This document shows positions 37,472 through 46,266 of a DNA stretch of 50,759 nt, piece by piece. The stretch covers positions 1-50,759 of IMG/VR virus record IMGVR_UViG_3300012201_000005; one strand, 5' to 3'. The position numbers and the translations under genes are program-made. This DNA comes from a virus (Duplodnaviria; Caudoviricetes). Position 1 is the first letter of the stretch. The number at the start of each line of letters is the position of its first letter. Below the pieces are notes generated by a model that was not told where the DNA came from, ran no database searches, and saw nothing but the letters and a program-made list of their open reading frames with translations.

Positions 37472-37540
37472 GGGGCTTGCTGAAGGTAAGCACGATCTTT
37501 TGCGCGGATCGGTGAATGGGTTCAATCCCCATAGGGTCCA
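37472..37540 (+). tRNA. Degenerate tRNA-Ala(TGC)-like element
   Basis: 5' GGGGCTT, D arm GCT..AGC, CGATCT-TTTGCGC-GGATCG arm, perfect T arm ATGGG-TTCAATC-CCCAT, G3-U70; weak acceptor and missing positions 8-9. Confidence 0.5.
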
Positions 37541-37739
37541 AGTGTTTCATGGAAAGCCAACGAGGAAACCAAGATCGGCGACGACCTGATTACGGCTATC
37601 GAAGTCAACGACAAGAAAGGCGTCATATCCGACCAGGTGGCCAGGATCTTCTACAATACCAGTCAGCGATACGCCGAGATGCTGAGGAAACCTGAAAAAG
37701 TAAAACCGATCTGAGCGGTATCTCAGAAAAGGAAACGCA

Positions 37740-38624
37740 ATGTCAGTATTGGTAATCAACCCCAACGGGGAAATTATCGGCCACGGTATCAGCGCGGTAC
37801 GTGGAGACTTTCAAGGCGAGAAGGGCCTCATTAAGGTCACTGTGGGATCTGGAGAGTTTGACTTCCACTATATCGGCACGAACGACCGGGACAACTACAC
37901 CTTCGTTACCATGGACTTGCCCGGGGGATTCAATCCGGACAACTTCAAGGTGGTGAACGGAAAACTGAAGGCGAAGAGCTGACCATGGGTGTCAAGGTTG
38001 TAATCGTTCAATTTCCCATCCGAGAATGGAATGTTGCCGATGTCTGGGAAATCTCCCGAGACCATGGGTGTTCAAGAAAGTTAGTTCATACCATCAGTAG
38101 ATTCTTTCGGGTCACTGATGACGCCATTATCGAGGAGAAGGCCATCCTTGAATCTGGCGTCGGATACAAGCCGGGCGAGATTGTTTGGATACACTCGTTG
38201 ATCGGTAAGGACTTTGAACTCCAGACAGCCAAGACAGAGCGAGACGGCCCGTCGGAGGATAGCTGACCATGGAAATCACAGAGGACGTTGCCCTAGCACG
38301 GTTAGAAGCTTGCAATGAGTATGTGTCTCGAATCATGAACTATGAGGGAACAAAAGCCATGGTCTGCCTTGACGGAAACTTTGAGGTAGAAGAAATTGAA
38401 GCTATCTTGTGGTGTCTCAAGAATGACAAATGGACTAAGGACTGACCATGGCAAGAAAAAAGCAATTCAAGGAAGTCACAGTCTATCAGGAGTTCACCTT
38501 CTACATGGGCTCTTGTGGATTTCCTAAGGCCCCCATCCTGACTAACAAACCTCTTTCAAGGCCTGTTCATATCTGCTGGATTGAGAGGCTCATGCAAGAA
38601 TCCATGATGTACGGCGCGGTCTGA
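37740..38624 (+). CDS. Four small genes (37740-37982, 37985-38266, 38269-38445, 38448-38624)
   Basis: Each ends in the same CTGACCATGG stop-start junction; the last two (58 aa each) are below the ORF track cut-off. Confidence 0.7.
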
Positions 38625-38626
38625 CC

Positions 38627-40249
38627 ATGGAACTGGGCGTGGGCGATGACGAACTAACAGACGAAGAGTTCCACGCCCAGCTTGAAGAGTTCCGTATCGC
38701 GGAAGAGTGGCATGCTCACCAGGAGTCCCTGAAGCCATTCCGCGAGTCTCACTTGAAGTTCATGCAAAGTACCTGGATGACCGGGAACGATGGGCCTTTT
38801 GTCGTAGGATTCCATACCATGGAAATCTGCAAAGCGATTGATGAAGCCATGGTCAGGTTTCGACGGGGTGAATCAACATTCCTTCAAATCAAATGCCCGC
38901 CGCGCCACGGGAAATCCGACCTAGTTTCCAGGTATCTTGCTGCCCATTTCCTTGGTGAGTTCCCAGAGAAGAAGGTGATGCAAGTTGCCTTCCGTCAGGG
39001 GTTGGCTTCCCTGTTCTCGGGTTTTGGCCGGAACCTCATCCAGACGGAACCATACCAAGAGCTTTACCCAGGGGTTAGGCTTTCGAACGAATCAGCGGCC
39101 AAGGATCTTTGGACCATCATGACTCCCGAAGGTGTTCATACCGGGGGCGCTCTCATGGCCTCTGGCTTGACCTCTGGGCTCACTGGATCCGGGTTCTCAT
39201 TAGGTATCCTTGACGACTTCTGTGGCAGCCGTGCCGATGCTGAGAGTCGAACCATCCGAGACAACACTTGGAACGCATTCAAGGACGACTTTCTGACCCG
39301 TCGGGCCAAGGTGTCCATCGTGATCGTGTTGGCGACTCAGTGGCATTATGATGATGTACATGGTCGAATCCAAAGCATGATGAAGTCCGAGCCGAACTTC
39401 CCCAGGTTCGAAGACCTGACCTTTCCCGCTAAGGCTGAGAAGTTCAAGATACCAGGCGCATATGGGCAGGAGTATCTCTTTGAAGAGTTCTTCGGGAAGA
39501 AATACTACCAAGAGCAATATGCAATCCTGGGGCCATATTCGTCTGCCTCACTTCTGGACTGTTCGGCCTATCTTCGATCAGGTGGGCGATTCTCTGAGGT
39601 CGGTATAGTTTGGGAAGATAACATCGTGGTGGATACCTCGAAACGATGGGTTAGAGTTTGGGACCTTGCACACTCGGCGAAGCAGCGGGGCGGTGATGAC
39701 CCTGACTGGACCTCTGGTACCCTTCTAGCCTTTGAGGAACGCCCTGGTGACCCGGTTCGCCATCTTTACATCAAAAGCGTAAGAAGGACCCGGGCGGGGG
39801 CATTGGAGCGGGATGCTATGATTAAGGCGACCGCTGATAAAGATGGGCCATATGTTACCCAGGGGCTTGAAATCTCCCTAGATACCAAGGACGCCGCTGA
39901 ATATTTGGCCAACGCATTGAAAGACTATACCTTCACCCCGATTTCTGTGACTGGCGATAAGGGAGCCAGGGCAACCCCGCTAGAAGTGATGTTTGCTACA
40001 GATGGAAACAATCATGATAACCCTCACGTCCATGTTCAACGGGCCGAATGGAACGACGCCTGGCTTGATGAGGTTCTTCGATTCGATGGCATGGGTAAGG
40101 AACATGACGATCAGGTGGACAATATTTCAGCGGGATATATTCTACTTATTGGAGCGAAGGCCCCAGAATATGCATTCGCCTTCGGAGGTGCATCCATAGT
40201 CAAGTCAGCCGATGGGGATACCGTCGAACTCGACCCTAGTATCTGGTGA
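38627..40249 (+). CDS. terL: Terminase large subunit
   Basis: CPPRHGKS Walker A, GILDD Walker B, TQWHYDD, RVWDLA, HDDQVD nuclease motifs. Confidence 0.95.
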   Translation: MELGVGDDELTDEEFHAQLEEFRIAEEWHAHQESLKPFRESHLKFMQSTWMTGNDGPFVVGFHTMEICKAIDEAMVRFRRGESTFLQIKCPPRHGKSDLVSRYLAAHFLGEFPEKKVMQVAFRQGLASLFSGFGRNLIQTEPYQELYPGVRLSNESAAKDLWTIMTPEGVHTGGALMASGLTSGLTGSGFSLGILDDFCGSRADAESRTIRDNTWNAFKDDFLTRRAKVSIVIVLATQWHYDDVHGRIQSMMKSEPNFPRFEDLTFPAKAEKFKIPGAYGQEYLFEEFFGKKYYQEQYAILGPYSSASLLDCSAYLRSGGRFSEVGIVWEDNIVVDTSKRWVRVWDLAHSAKQRGGDDPDWTSGTLLAFEERPGDPVRHLYIKSVRRTRAGALERDAMIKATADKDGPYVTQGLEISLDTKDAAEYLANALKDYTFTPISVTGDKGARATPLEVMFATDGNNHDNPHVHVQRAEWNDAWLDEVLRFDGMGKEHDDQVDNISAGYILLIGAKAPEYAFAFGGASIVKSADGDTVELDPSIW

Positions 40250-40259
40250 GGTTCTAGGT

Positions 40260-40288
40260 TTGACAAAAACGTAGGATTGCCATAACCT
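40260..40288 (+). promoter_or_regulatory. Promoter upstream of portal
   Basis: TTGACA-17-TAACCT. Confidence 0.6.
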
Positions 40289-40305
40289 AACCCCAGAGGC
40301 ACCGC

Positions 40306-42435
40306 ATGGGATGGTTTACGAACATAGTTTCAAAGGCTTTGCCAGCAATCCAGACCAAGCTGCGAAATACGTTTATGCCAAAATGGGTAACCGTAAGTCG
40401 TAGGGCATCTACTGCCTATTCCGACCTTTTCCATACTTCCCCGCAACTAGACGCCGTTGACATCATCTCCACCGACTATGCAAATGCTGGATTCAAGATC
40501 TTCAACAAACATCATCTACGCACCGATGAAAAGAACGCTGAGGCCCTTGGAGATCATCCGGCCTATGATGTTCTGGAAAATCCCATACCAGACAATCCCA
40601 GTTTTGACGGGTTCTCGCTTCGATACCTGACAAACGTCTATCTTGAGATCCATGGGGAATGCTTTTGGTTTGTCCTTCGCGATATTCATGGTATCCCGCG
40701 AGAAATCTATCTGGCCCCGACCACGTGGGTCATTCAAACGCCGTTCGTAAACCATCCCGTCTTTTTGCTCATGCCTTTGGGGAACAATTCTTCGATGACA
40801 ATGGAAGTTCCGAAAGAAGATGTGGTTTACTTTAAGATGCCCAACGCCGTCCAACCTTATGACCGAGGCAGAGGGCGAACAGAGACTATAGGTACCGAGA
40901 TTGAGGCCTATGAATATGCCATGAACTACGCCAGGAACTTCTTTTTCAACGATGCCACCCCCAGGACAATCGTTACGGCACCCGGAGCTTCGGAAGACCA
41001 GGTCAAGGCTTTCAAGGCCGCTTGGGACTTGAACTTCCGAGGGGTATCGAACGGGAATAAAACTGGATTTGTTGGATGGGATTCGAAGGTCCTCAAGCTC
41101 TCGGATAATCCTCATGAGATGGACTTTATCGAATCCATGAAAGCCCTTGCCGAAAAAGCCCGGTCCCATTATCAGATTCCTCCGGAAATCTTCGGTATCA
41201 TGAACGACGCCAAACGGGCGACGGTTGATGCTGCACAATACCTCTATGCCAAGAATGTCCTGGTGAAGCGATTCGCTCGACATGAGGCTGTCCTGAATCG
41301 TCAGTTCATGCCGATGTTCGGGAATAAGGACGAGGTCATCAAGTTTGATAACCCTGTTCAGGAAGACCTTGAGTTCAAGCTCAAGGTTGCCAATGACGGA
41401 TGGGAAAATGGGGCTTTGATCAGGGATGAATGGAGAACTGCCAATGGGTACAAGGCTCTTGGCGGAGAGACTGGAAATGAGTTGAAGATTTCCATGGGTG
41501 AGACCGCCCTCTTGGCCACCGGAGCCATCCCCAAGCGCCTAGCAGTTATAGAGCCTGTCGCCGAACCTTTGGCGATTGTCCCCGGGGAGGTCGGCAATGT
41601 ACCATCTTCCAAATCCATGCGTCAAATTGTTGATGATATTTCGACCAAGGCGCTTTCCGATTCCGAGAAGGAAGCCGCATGGCAAGAGTTCTACAAGATC
41701 GAGCAAGCCAATTGGCCCGGATTCATCCAAGGAGCCAAAGCTATCGCGGTCGCTCAAAAGAAACAATTCAGGAACCTGTTTGACGCCTACATTGGGGATG
41801 AGGAAGATCCTGTTAACGCCCTGAACAAAGCTACGGCGGAAATCTATGGTTCAGCGGTGACCAATGGTCAGACCTTTGCCAAACTCGCTCCGGCATGGGC
41901 TAAAGCACTTCGGGACGGGTTCGACATTGCCGACAAGATGCTAGGCGGTGGGATTGACTGGAAACTATACAATCCGAAGCTGACAGAATGGCTAAAAACA
42001 CATGGACTTGAGGCTGCCAAGGAAATCAACGGTACGACGAAGAAAGAACTCTTGGCACTGGCTCCAAAAATCGAAGAAGCCTTGGCGAATGGCAAGAGCA
42101 TCGCGGATATCGGGCGAATGTTGGACAAAGTTTACACGAAGCTGGGAACGACTCGAGCAAACCTGATCGCCGAGACGGAAAGCATGACTTCGATCAACAA
42201 TGGGCAGTTCCTGGTTTACAGGGGCGAAGGCGTGATCAAGAAGACATGGCTCCATTCCATGCTTCCAAACGGTCGAGACAATCACAAGGCTCTGAATGGG
42301 GTAACCATCGGGATTGACGAGAAGTTCAATATGGGCGGAAATGTTCACATGCTCCATCCCGGAGACCAGGAAGGTGGGGCTAGTAACATAATTTCGTGCC
42401 ATTGTACGATTGTTCCAGGCGATCAAGAGGAATAA
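40306..42435 (+). CDS. HK97-type portal protein fused to MuF (gp7-like) domain
   Basis: Portal motifs (GECFW, FFFNDATP, EMDFIES, YQIPP) then RANLIAETE...KKTW...RDNH...HPGD...ISCHC. Confidence 0.9.
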   Translation: MGWFTNIVSKALPAIQTKLRNTFMPKWVTVSRRASTAYSDLFHTSPQLDAVDIISTDYANAGFKIFNKHHLRTDEKNAEALGDHPAYDVLENPIPDNPSFDGFSLRYLTNVYLEIHGECFWFVLRDIHGIPREIYLAPTTWVIQTPFVNHPVFLLMPLGNNSSMTMEVPKEDVVYFKMPNAVQPYDRGRGRTETIGTEIEAYEYAMNYARNFFFNDATPRTIVTAPGASEDQVKAFKAAWDLNFRGVSNGNKTGFVGWDSKVLKLSDNPHEMDFIESMKALAEKARSHYQIPPEIFGIMNDAKRATVDAAQYLYAKNVLVKRFARHEAVLNRQFMPMFGNKDEVIKFDNPVQEDLEFKLKVANDGWENGALIRDEWRTANGYKALGGETGNELKISMGETALLATGAIPKRLAVIEPVAEPLAIVPGEVGNVPSSKSMRQIVDDISTKALSDSEKEAAWQEFYKIEQANWPGFIQGAKAIAVAQKKQFRNLFDAYIGDEEDPVNALNKATAEIYGSAVTNGQTFAKLAPAWAKALRDGFDIADKMLGGGIDWKLYNPKLTEWLKTHGLEAAKEINGTTKKELLALAPKIEEALANGKSIADIGRMLDKVYTKLGTTRANLIAETESMTSINNGQFLVYRGEGVIKKTWLHSMLPNGRDNHKALNGVTIGIDEKFNMGGNVHMLHPGDQEGGASNIISCHCTIVPGDQEE

Positions 42436-42451
42436 CCCGAGGAGGGGTATC

Positions 42452-42991
42452 ATGAGTCAGATGAGACTTGAAGGCGGGTTCGCCGACCCGATTGCCCAGA
42501 AGTGCAACAACAACTTCGATGAGCTGTATGCCACTAAGCTTATTGATGAAGCGGCCATCGTCGCCGCTCAAGCTGATGCTACTGCCGCCTTGAGTGCTGG
42601 TAGGCCATTCCGAGTAACGGGAACCTTGACAGCCGCCGCCGCTGCCACTGCAATCCACGTCCTGCTTGATGCTACTGTAGGGACCGGTAAGAAGGCATAT
42701 CTTACCCATATGATTCTGAACGTGAATGGTGCGACTGCTTGGACGGATGCTACTGCTACCCTGGTCAAGGTTCAGGATACCAATGGGACGCCCTTAATCG
42801 GACCCACAGTACCTAAGGCACTTCTGATCGCCAACGCCAATATAGGGCTTACCAGCATATCGGTAACACTCGGCAATGCGGTTGCTCGTGGGACGGGGTT
42901 TACAACTGCAAAGGGCCTAGACATCATAGCTGATGCCAACTTTGCCGCCGGGTCTGATATTTACGTGACATTGGTCGGCTACATCGCTTGA
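42452..42991 (+). CDS. Putative head fibre / decoration protein, paralog 1
   Basis: KCNNNFDELY N-terminal motif; C-terminal domain closely similar to 43535-44011. Confidence 0.55.
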   Translation: MSQMRLEGGFADPIAQKCNNNFDELYATKLIDEAAIVAAQADATAALSAGRPFRVTGTLTAAAAATAIHVLLDATVGTGKKAYLTHMILNVNGATAWTDATATLVKVQDTNGTPLIGPTVPKALLIANANIGLTSISVTLGNAVARGTGFTTAKGLDIIADANFAAGSDIYVTLVGYIA

Positions 42992-43026
42992 GTGGCCTAG
43001 ATATTCACTTCTGAGGAGGCATATAG

Positions 43027-43365
43027 ATGGCAAAGCCCAATGGACTTATTCCTGGTTACGGTTCTCAGTATCGAGAGGATGGAACTCAAAGCAACTTGGC
43101 CGACCGAGAGGATGAGTCTCTTGGCCGTAAGGGAATGGTTATCATTTCCGATACCAACGCTCATACGCCCGCGGTAGGGGCTTGCTTTGCGGCAATCGAG
43201 GCGACTTCTGACACGGTCATCGCTGCTGCAACGGCAGACTCTAGCGCCCCCATCACCGGTACTATTGCAGGCTTGGCAATTCCAGCGGGTGGCGTGATCT
43301 ACGGGAAGTTTGTTTCTGTCACATTGACCTCCGGTGCTGTGATCGCCTATCTCGGGACAATCTGA
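43027..43365 (+). CDS. Putative head spike base protein
   Basis: Small beta-rich protein (AIPAGGVIYGKFVSVTLTSGAVIAY) coupled to an LGLGL peptide gene. Confidence 0.5.
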   Translation: MAKPNGLIPGYGSQYREDGTQSNLADREDESLGRKGMVIISDTNAHTPAVGACFAAIEATSDTVIAAATADSSAPITGTIAGLAIPAGGVIYGKFVSVTLTSGAVIAYLGTI

Positions 43366-43523
43366 TGCGCCAAGTTCTTGGACTTGGCTTGGCTAGAATC
43401 GGAAGACTGATTAAAAGGATTCCTGAACTTTGGCTTTTGACGGCCGGAGCGGCTAGTCCTGACTTTGCCTATGTCTGGGATGACACTCAGACATGGGACG
43501 ATACAAAATTCTGGACAGATTGA
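43365..43523 (+). CDS. 52-aa LGLGL/WDD adaptor peptide (not in ORF track)
   Basis: TGATG overlap; MRQVLGLGLAR...VWDDTQTWDDTKFWTD. Confidence 0.65.
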   Translation: MRQVLGLGLARIGRLIKRIPELWLLTAGAASPDFAYVWDDTQTWDDTKFWTD

Positions 43524-43534
43524 AGGGGTAGAAT

Positions 43535-44011
43535 ATGGCACAATCAACGCTTACCAATGGGCAGTCAGCGGCAAGTTTTAGGGCTGCTCTTAACGCGATG
43601 TTCGGAGACCTCTATGCCACCATTCCATTTGAAGTGACTGGTACTCTGACCTCTGCGGCGGCCGGGACTGCGGTTCACGTCCTTCCTGCCGCCAGTATCC
43701 CAGCAGGAAAGAAAGCCTATGTCACGGGCATGCTTTTGAATGTCAACGGGGCCACTGCTTGGACCGATTTGACAGCAACAGTCCTGACCCTTCAAGATAC
43801 TGCTGGCACTCCCATTGTCGGAATTACGATCCCGAAGGCGGTCCTATTAGGAAATGCCTTGATCAATCTTTTTACTGCGACATTGACCTTGGCAACCTTG
43901 ATCCTCCGGGGGATTGGTTTCACTACGGCGAAGGGAATCGACATTGTGGCCGATGCGAATTTCGCGGCTGGATCAGATATCTATGTCACGCTGACCGGAG
44001 TCATCAAGTAA
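43535..44011 (+). CDS. Putative head fibre / decoration protein, paralog 2
   Basis: TNGQSAASFRAALNAMFGDLY N-terminus; shares PFxVTGTLT...LNVNGATAWTD...ADANFAAGSDIYVTL with paralog 1. Confidence 0.55.
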   Translation: MAQSTLTNGQSAASFRAALNAMFGDLYATIPFEVTGTLTSAAAGTAVHVLPAASIPAGKKAYVTGMLLNVNGATAWTDLTATVLTLQDTAGTPIVGITIPKAVLLGNALINLFTATLTLATLILRGIGFTTAKGIDIVADANFAAGSDIYVTLTGVIK

Positions 44012-44203
44012 ATGGAAGTCACTGCCGACCTGATGGAAGACATCAAGAAGGGCCTCGAAAGCATCAGTTTCGGCAAGGTGACAATCTCGGTCGATTCCGG
44101 AGGTGATGTGGTGACTGCTGATGTATCGGTGGAGAAGCGAACCCGGCATAAGCTCAAGAAACGGGAAGATGCGGGAACGATTGTAAAGGCTGGACAGAGA
44201 TAG
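44012..44203 (+). CDS. Small protein, DUF2292/YezD-like
   Basis: IKKGLESISFGKVTISV...VEKR pattern. Confidence 0.5.
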   Translation: MEVTADLMEDIKKGLESISFGKVTISVDSGGDVVTADVSVEKRTRHKLKKREDAGTIVKAGQR

Positions 44204-44212
44204 GAGGATGAT

Positions 44213-44787
44213 ATGGGATTCGGAAAAATCGAAAAGGCAAGTTCCCATCATCCTCGTCGAGCCAGATATAAGCAGTTCTTGAAGAAAGCCATTCACCGCC
44301 GAGAAAGGCAAAGGGTAAGAATTGAATCCGAGGTCAATCCGCAATATCGGAGATTCGGAGGTTGGGAACTATGATTAATTCAGTTCCAGGAACCACCGAA
44401 TACGCCATCTCCGCCTACCAACGCGAAATGGACAGGGCCTTTGTTGAATGGCTGAGAAAGCGCATGATCGAAAAGAAGGGGTAGAGAATGGCCAGTAAAT
44501 ATCTTTGTTTCAAAGCTGATCAGGCAAAAGAAGCTGTCCCATTCATAGGAAAATTGGGGTGGTATTATGTTCATCGCAATGATTTGTTCGATGGGGTGAA
44601 TGGTGAAACACCTCCAACAACCCCTCCCCGACGATTAACTGAAATCGATCTTCACAAGAGGCATATCCCTTTCGTCTCTCAGGGGATGAACTTCCCTCTA
44701 TTTGTCACTCTCAACCCTAATCGGTTTTCATGGCCCATTCTGAACCATATAGCAATGGCGCTTGACAAAATTGTAGGACGTGCCTAA
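44213..44787 (+). CDS. Three small ORFs (44213-44374 Arg-rich, 44371-44484, 44488-44787)
   Basis: AGGAGG SD for the first; ATGA coupling. Confidence 0.5.
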
Positions 44788-44790
44788 GCT
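44762..44790 (+). promoter_or_regulatory. Promoter upstream of the protease/capsid operon
   Basis: TTGACA-17-TAAGCT. Confidence 0.6.
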
Positions 44791-44840
44791 ACTCTTACAA
44801 GCAAGTAGACATTTCGATGTGCGGAGACTGACTTGAATGC

Positions 44841-44882
44841 GGCCTCCTCTGGGATCAAACCCGGGGGAGGCCTTTTTTATTT
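44841..44882 (+). terminator. Terminator/attenuator in front of the protease gene
   Basis: 13-bp stem GGCCTCCTCTGGG/CCCGGGGGAGGCC followed by TTTTTTATTT. Confidence 0.8.
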
Positions 44883-44894
44883 CCCGGAGGGGTC

Positions 44895-46229
44895 ATGGAC
44901 AAGAATCAAATCGGCTCTTTTATGGTCAAACAGATCGGAGACGAAGCTGCCAGGATTCTTGAGTTTGTCGGAACTGACGAATCCCCCGACCGAATGGGCG
45001 ATATCATCAAGGCCGATGGTTGGAAATTTGAAGACTACCAGAAGAACCCTGTTTTCATTTGGGCCCATGATTACTATTCCATCCCTCTCGGTAAATGTCT
45101 TGAGATTACCCGTGCCACCGGTTCAACCGGGACCAAGTTCAAAATCAAGTTTGCTTCCATCGAAGAACTCTGCAGCAACCCAGATATTCCTTCGGAAGAA
45201 GCCCAGTTCGCAGATACCGTTTACATGGCCTACAAGAATGGTTACCTAAGCGGGGTTTCCGTTGGTTTCCAGGGACTTACCTCAGAAGAGCGAGATGACC
45301 AGAAGGATTTGCCATCATGGCAGAGGGGTCGAGTTTTTACCTCTCAAAACCTTCTCGAGCTTTCTGCCGTTGTCGTCCCAGCAAATCAAAACGCCTTGAT
45401 CCAGGCTCAGAAGTCCATGGCACCTGACCAGTTCAAGCAACTTGAATCACTGCTCAAAGCAGTCACTGAAAAGGGAGCAATTCCTTTCAAGAAATTTCCC
45501 CTCGCTGAAGAGGGCACTTCTTGGGATGCTGGAGCCGTTGTCAAGGAAGCTGATATAGATGACCTCAAGGTTATCTGTGCATGGTATGACTCCGAAAACG
45601 CCGACGTGAAGGGAAGCTACAAACTCCCCCATCATGAGGGAAGCGCAGGTGGGCATAGGACGGTGTGGAAGGGTGTAAGTGCTGCTATGGCTGCTCTTCT
45701 TGGCGCTCGGGGTGGCGTTGATATTCCCGAGGCAGACCGAAAAGCTGTTTACAACCATCTGAAGAAGCATTACGCCGAGTTCAAGAAAGATGTTCCCGAG
45801 TTCAAGGCGTATTCACCTTCCGAACTCAAATCCATGTTCAGGGAGGATTCTGATATGGACATGAAGACTGTTCAGAAAATGATCGAAGAGGCAACCGCGC
45901 CTCTGTTGGCAGAAGTCGCGGCGCTCAAGGCTATGGGATCGGTTTCGACCGTGACTAGATCTGGGGCCAAGTTCAGTGCCGATACCAAAGCCAAAATGAC
46001 CAAGGCCATGGACGACATGCAGATGGCTCTTGATGGGTATGAAACCCATTCGAAAGCCTTGAAGGGCGTCATGACCGCCATCAAGGGATTGATGGATGGT
46101 GACGGGTCACAGCCCGATGGACAATCCAGTTCTGAGGACAAGCCCCAGCCCGGTGAAAATGGTGACGTACCCGCCCCAGTCAAGGCACTCGGGGACTTCA
46201 TTGACCTTGACACGTTTGTTTTGAAGTAA
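44895..46229 (+). CDS. HK97-family prohead protease with C-terminal extension
   Basis: DRMGDII...NPVFIWAHD, GVSVGF, LLELSAVVVPANQNA; extra SYKLPHH...NHLKKHY domain. Confidence 0.92.
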   Translation: MDKNQIGSFMVKQIGDEAARILEFVGTDESPDRMGDIIKADGWKFEDYQKNPVFIWAHDYYSIPLGKCLEITRATGSTGTKFKIKFASIEELCSNPDIPSEEAQFADTVYMAYKNGYLSGVSVGFQGLTSEERDDQKDLPSWQRGRVFTSQNLLELSAVVVPANQNALIQAQKSMAPDQFKQLESLLKAVTEKGAIPFKKFPLAEEGTSWDAGAVVKEADIDDLKVICAWYDSENADVKGSYKLPHHEGSAGGHRTVWKGVSAAMAALLGARGGVDIPEADRKAVYNHLKKHYAEFKKDVPEFKAYSPSELKSMFREDSDMDMKTVQKMIEEATAPLLAEVAALKAMGSVSTVTRSGAKFSADTKAKMTKAMDDMQMALDGYETHSKALKGVMTAIKGLMDGDGSQPDGQSSSEDKPQPGENGDVPAPVKALGDFIDLDTFVLK

Positions 46230-46266
46230 GACCGCGAGGGCGGTAAGAAACTAGGAGGTTTCAAGC

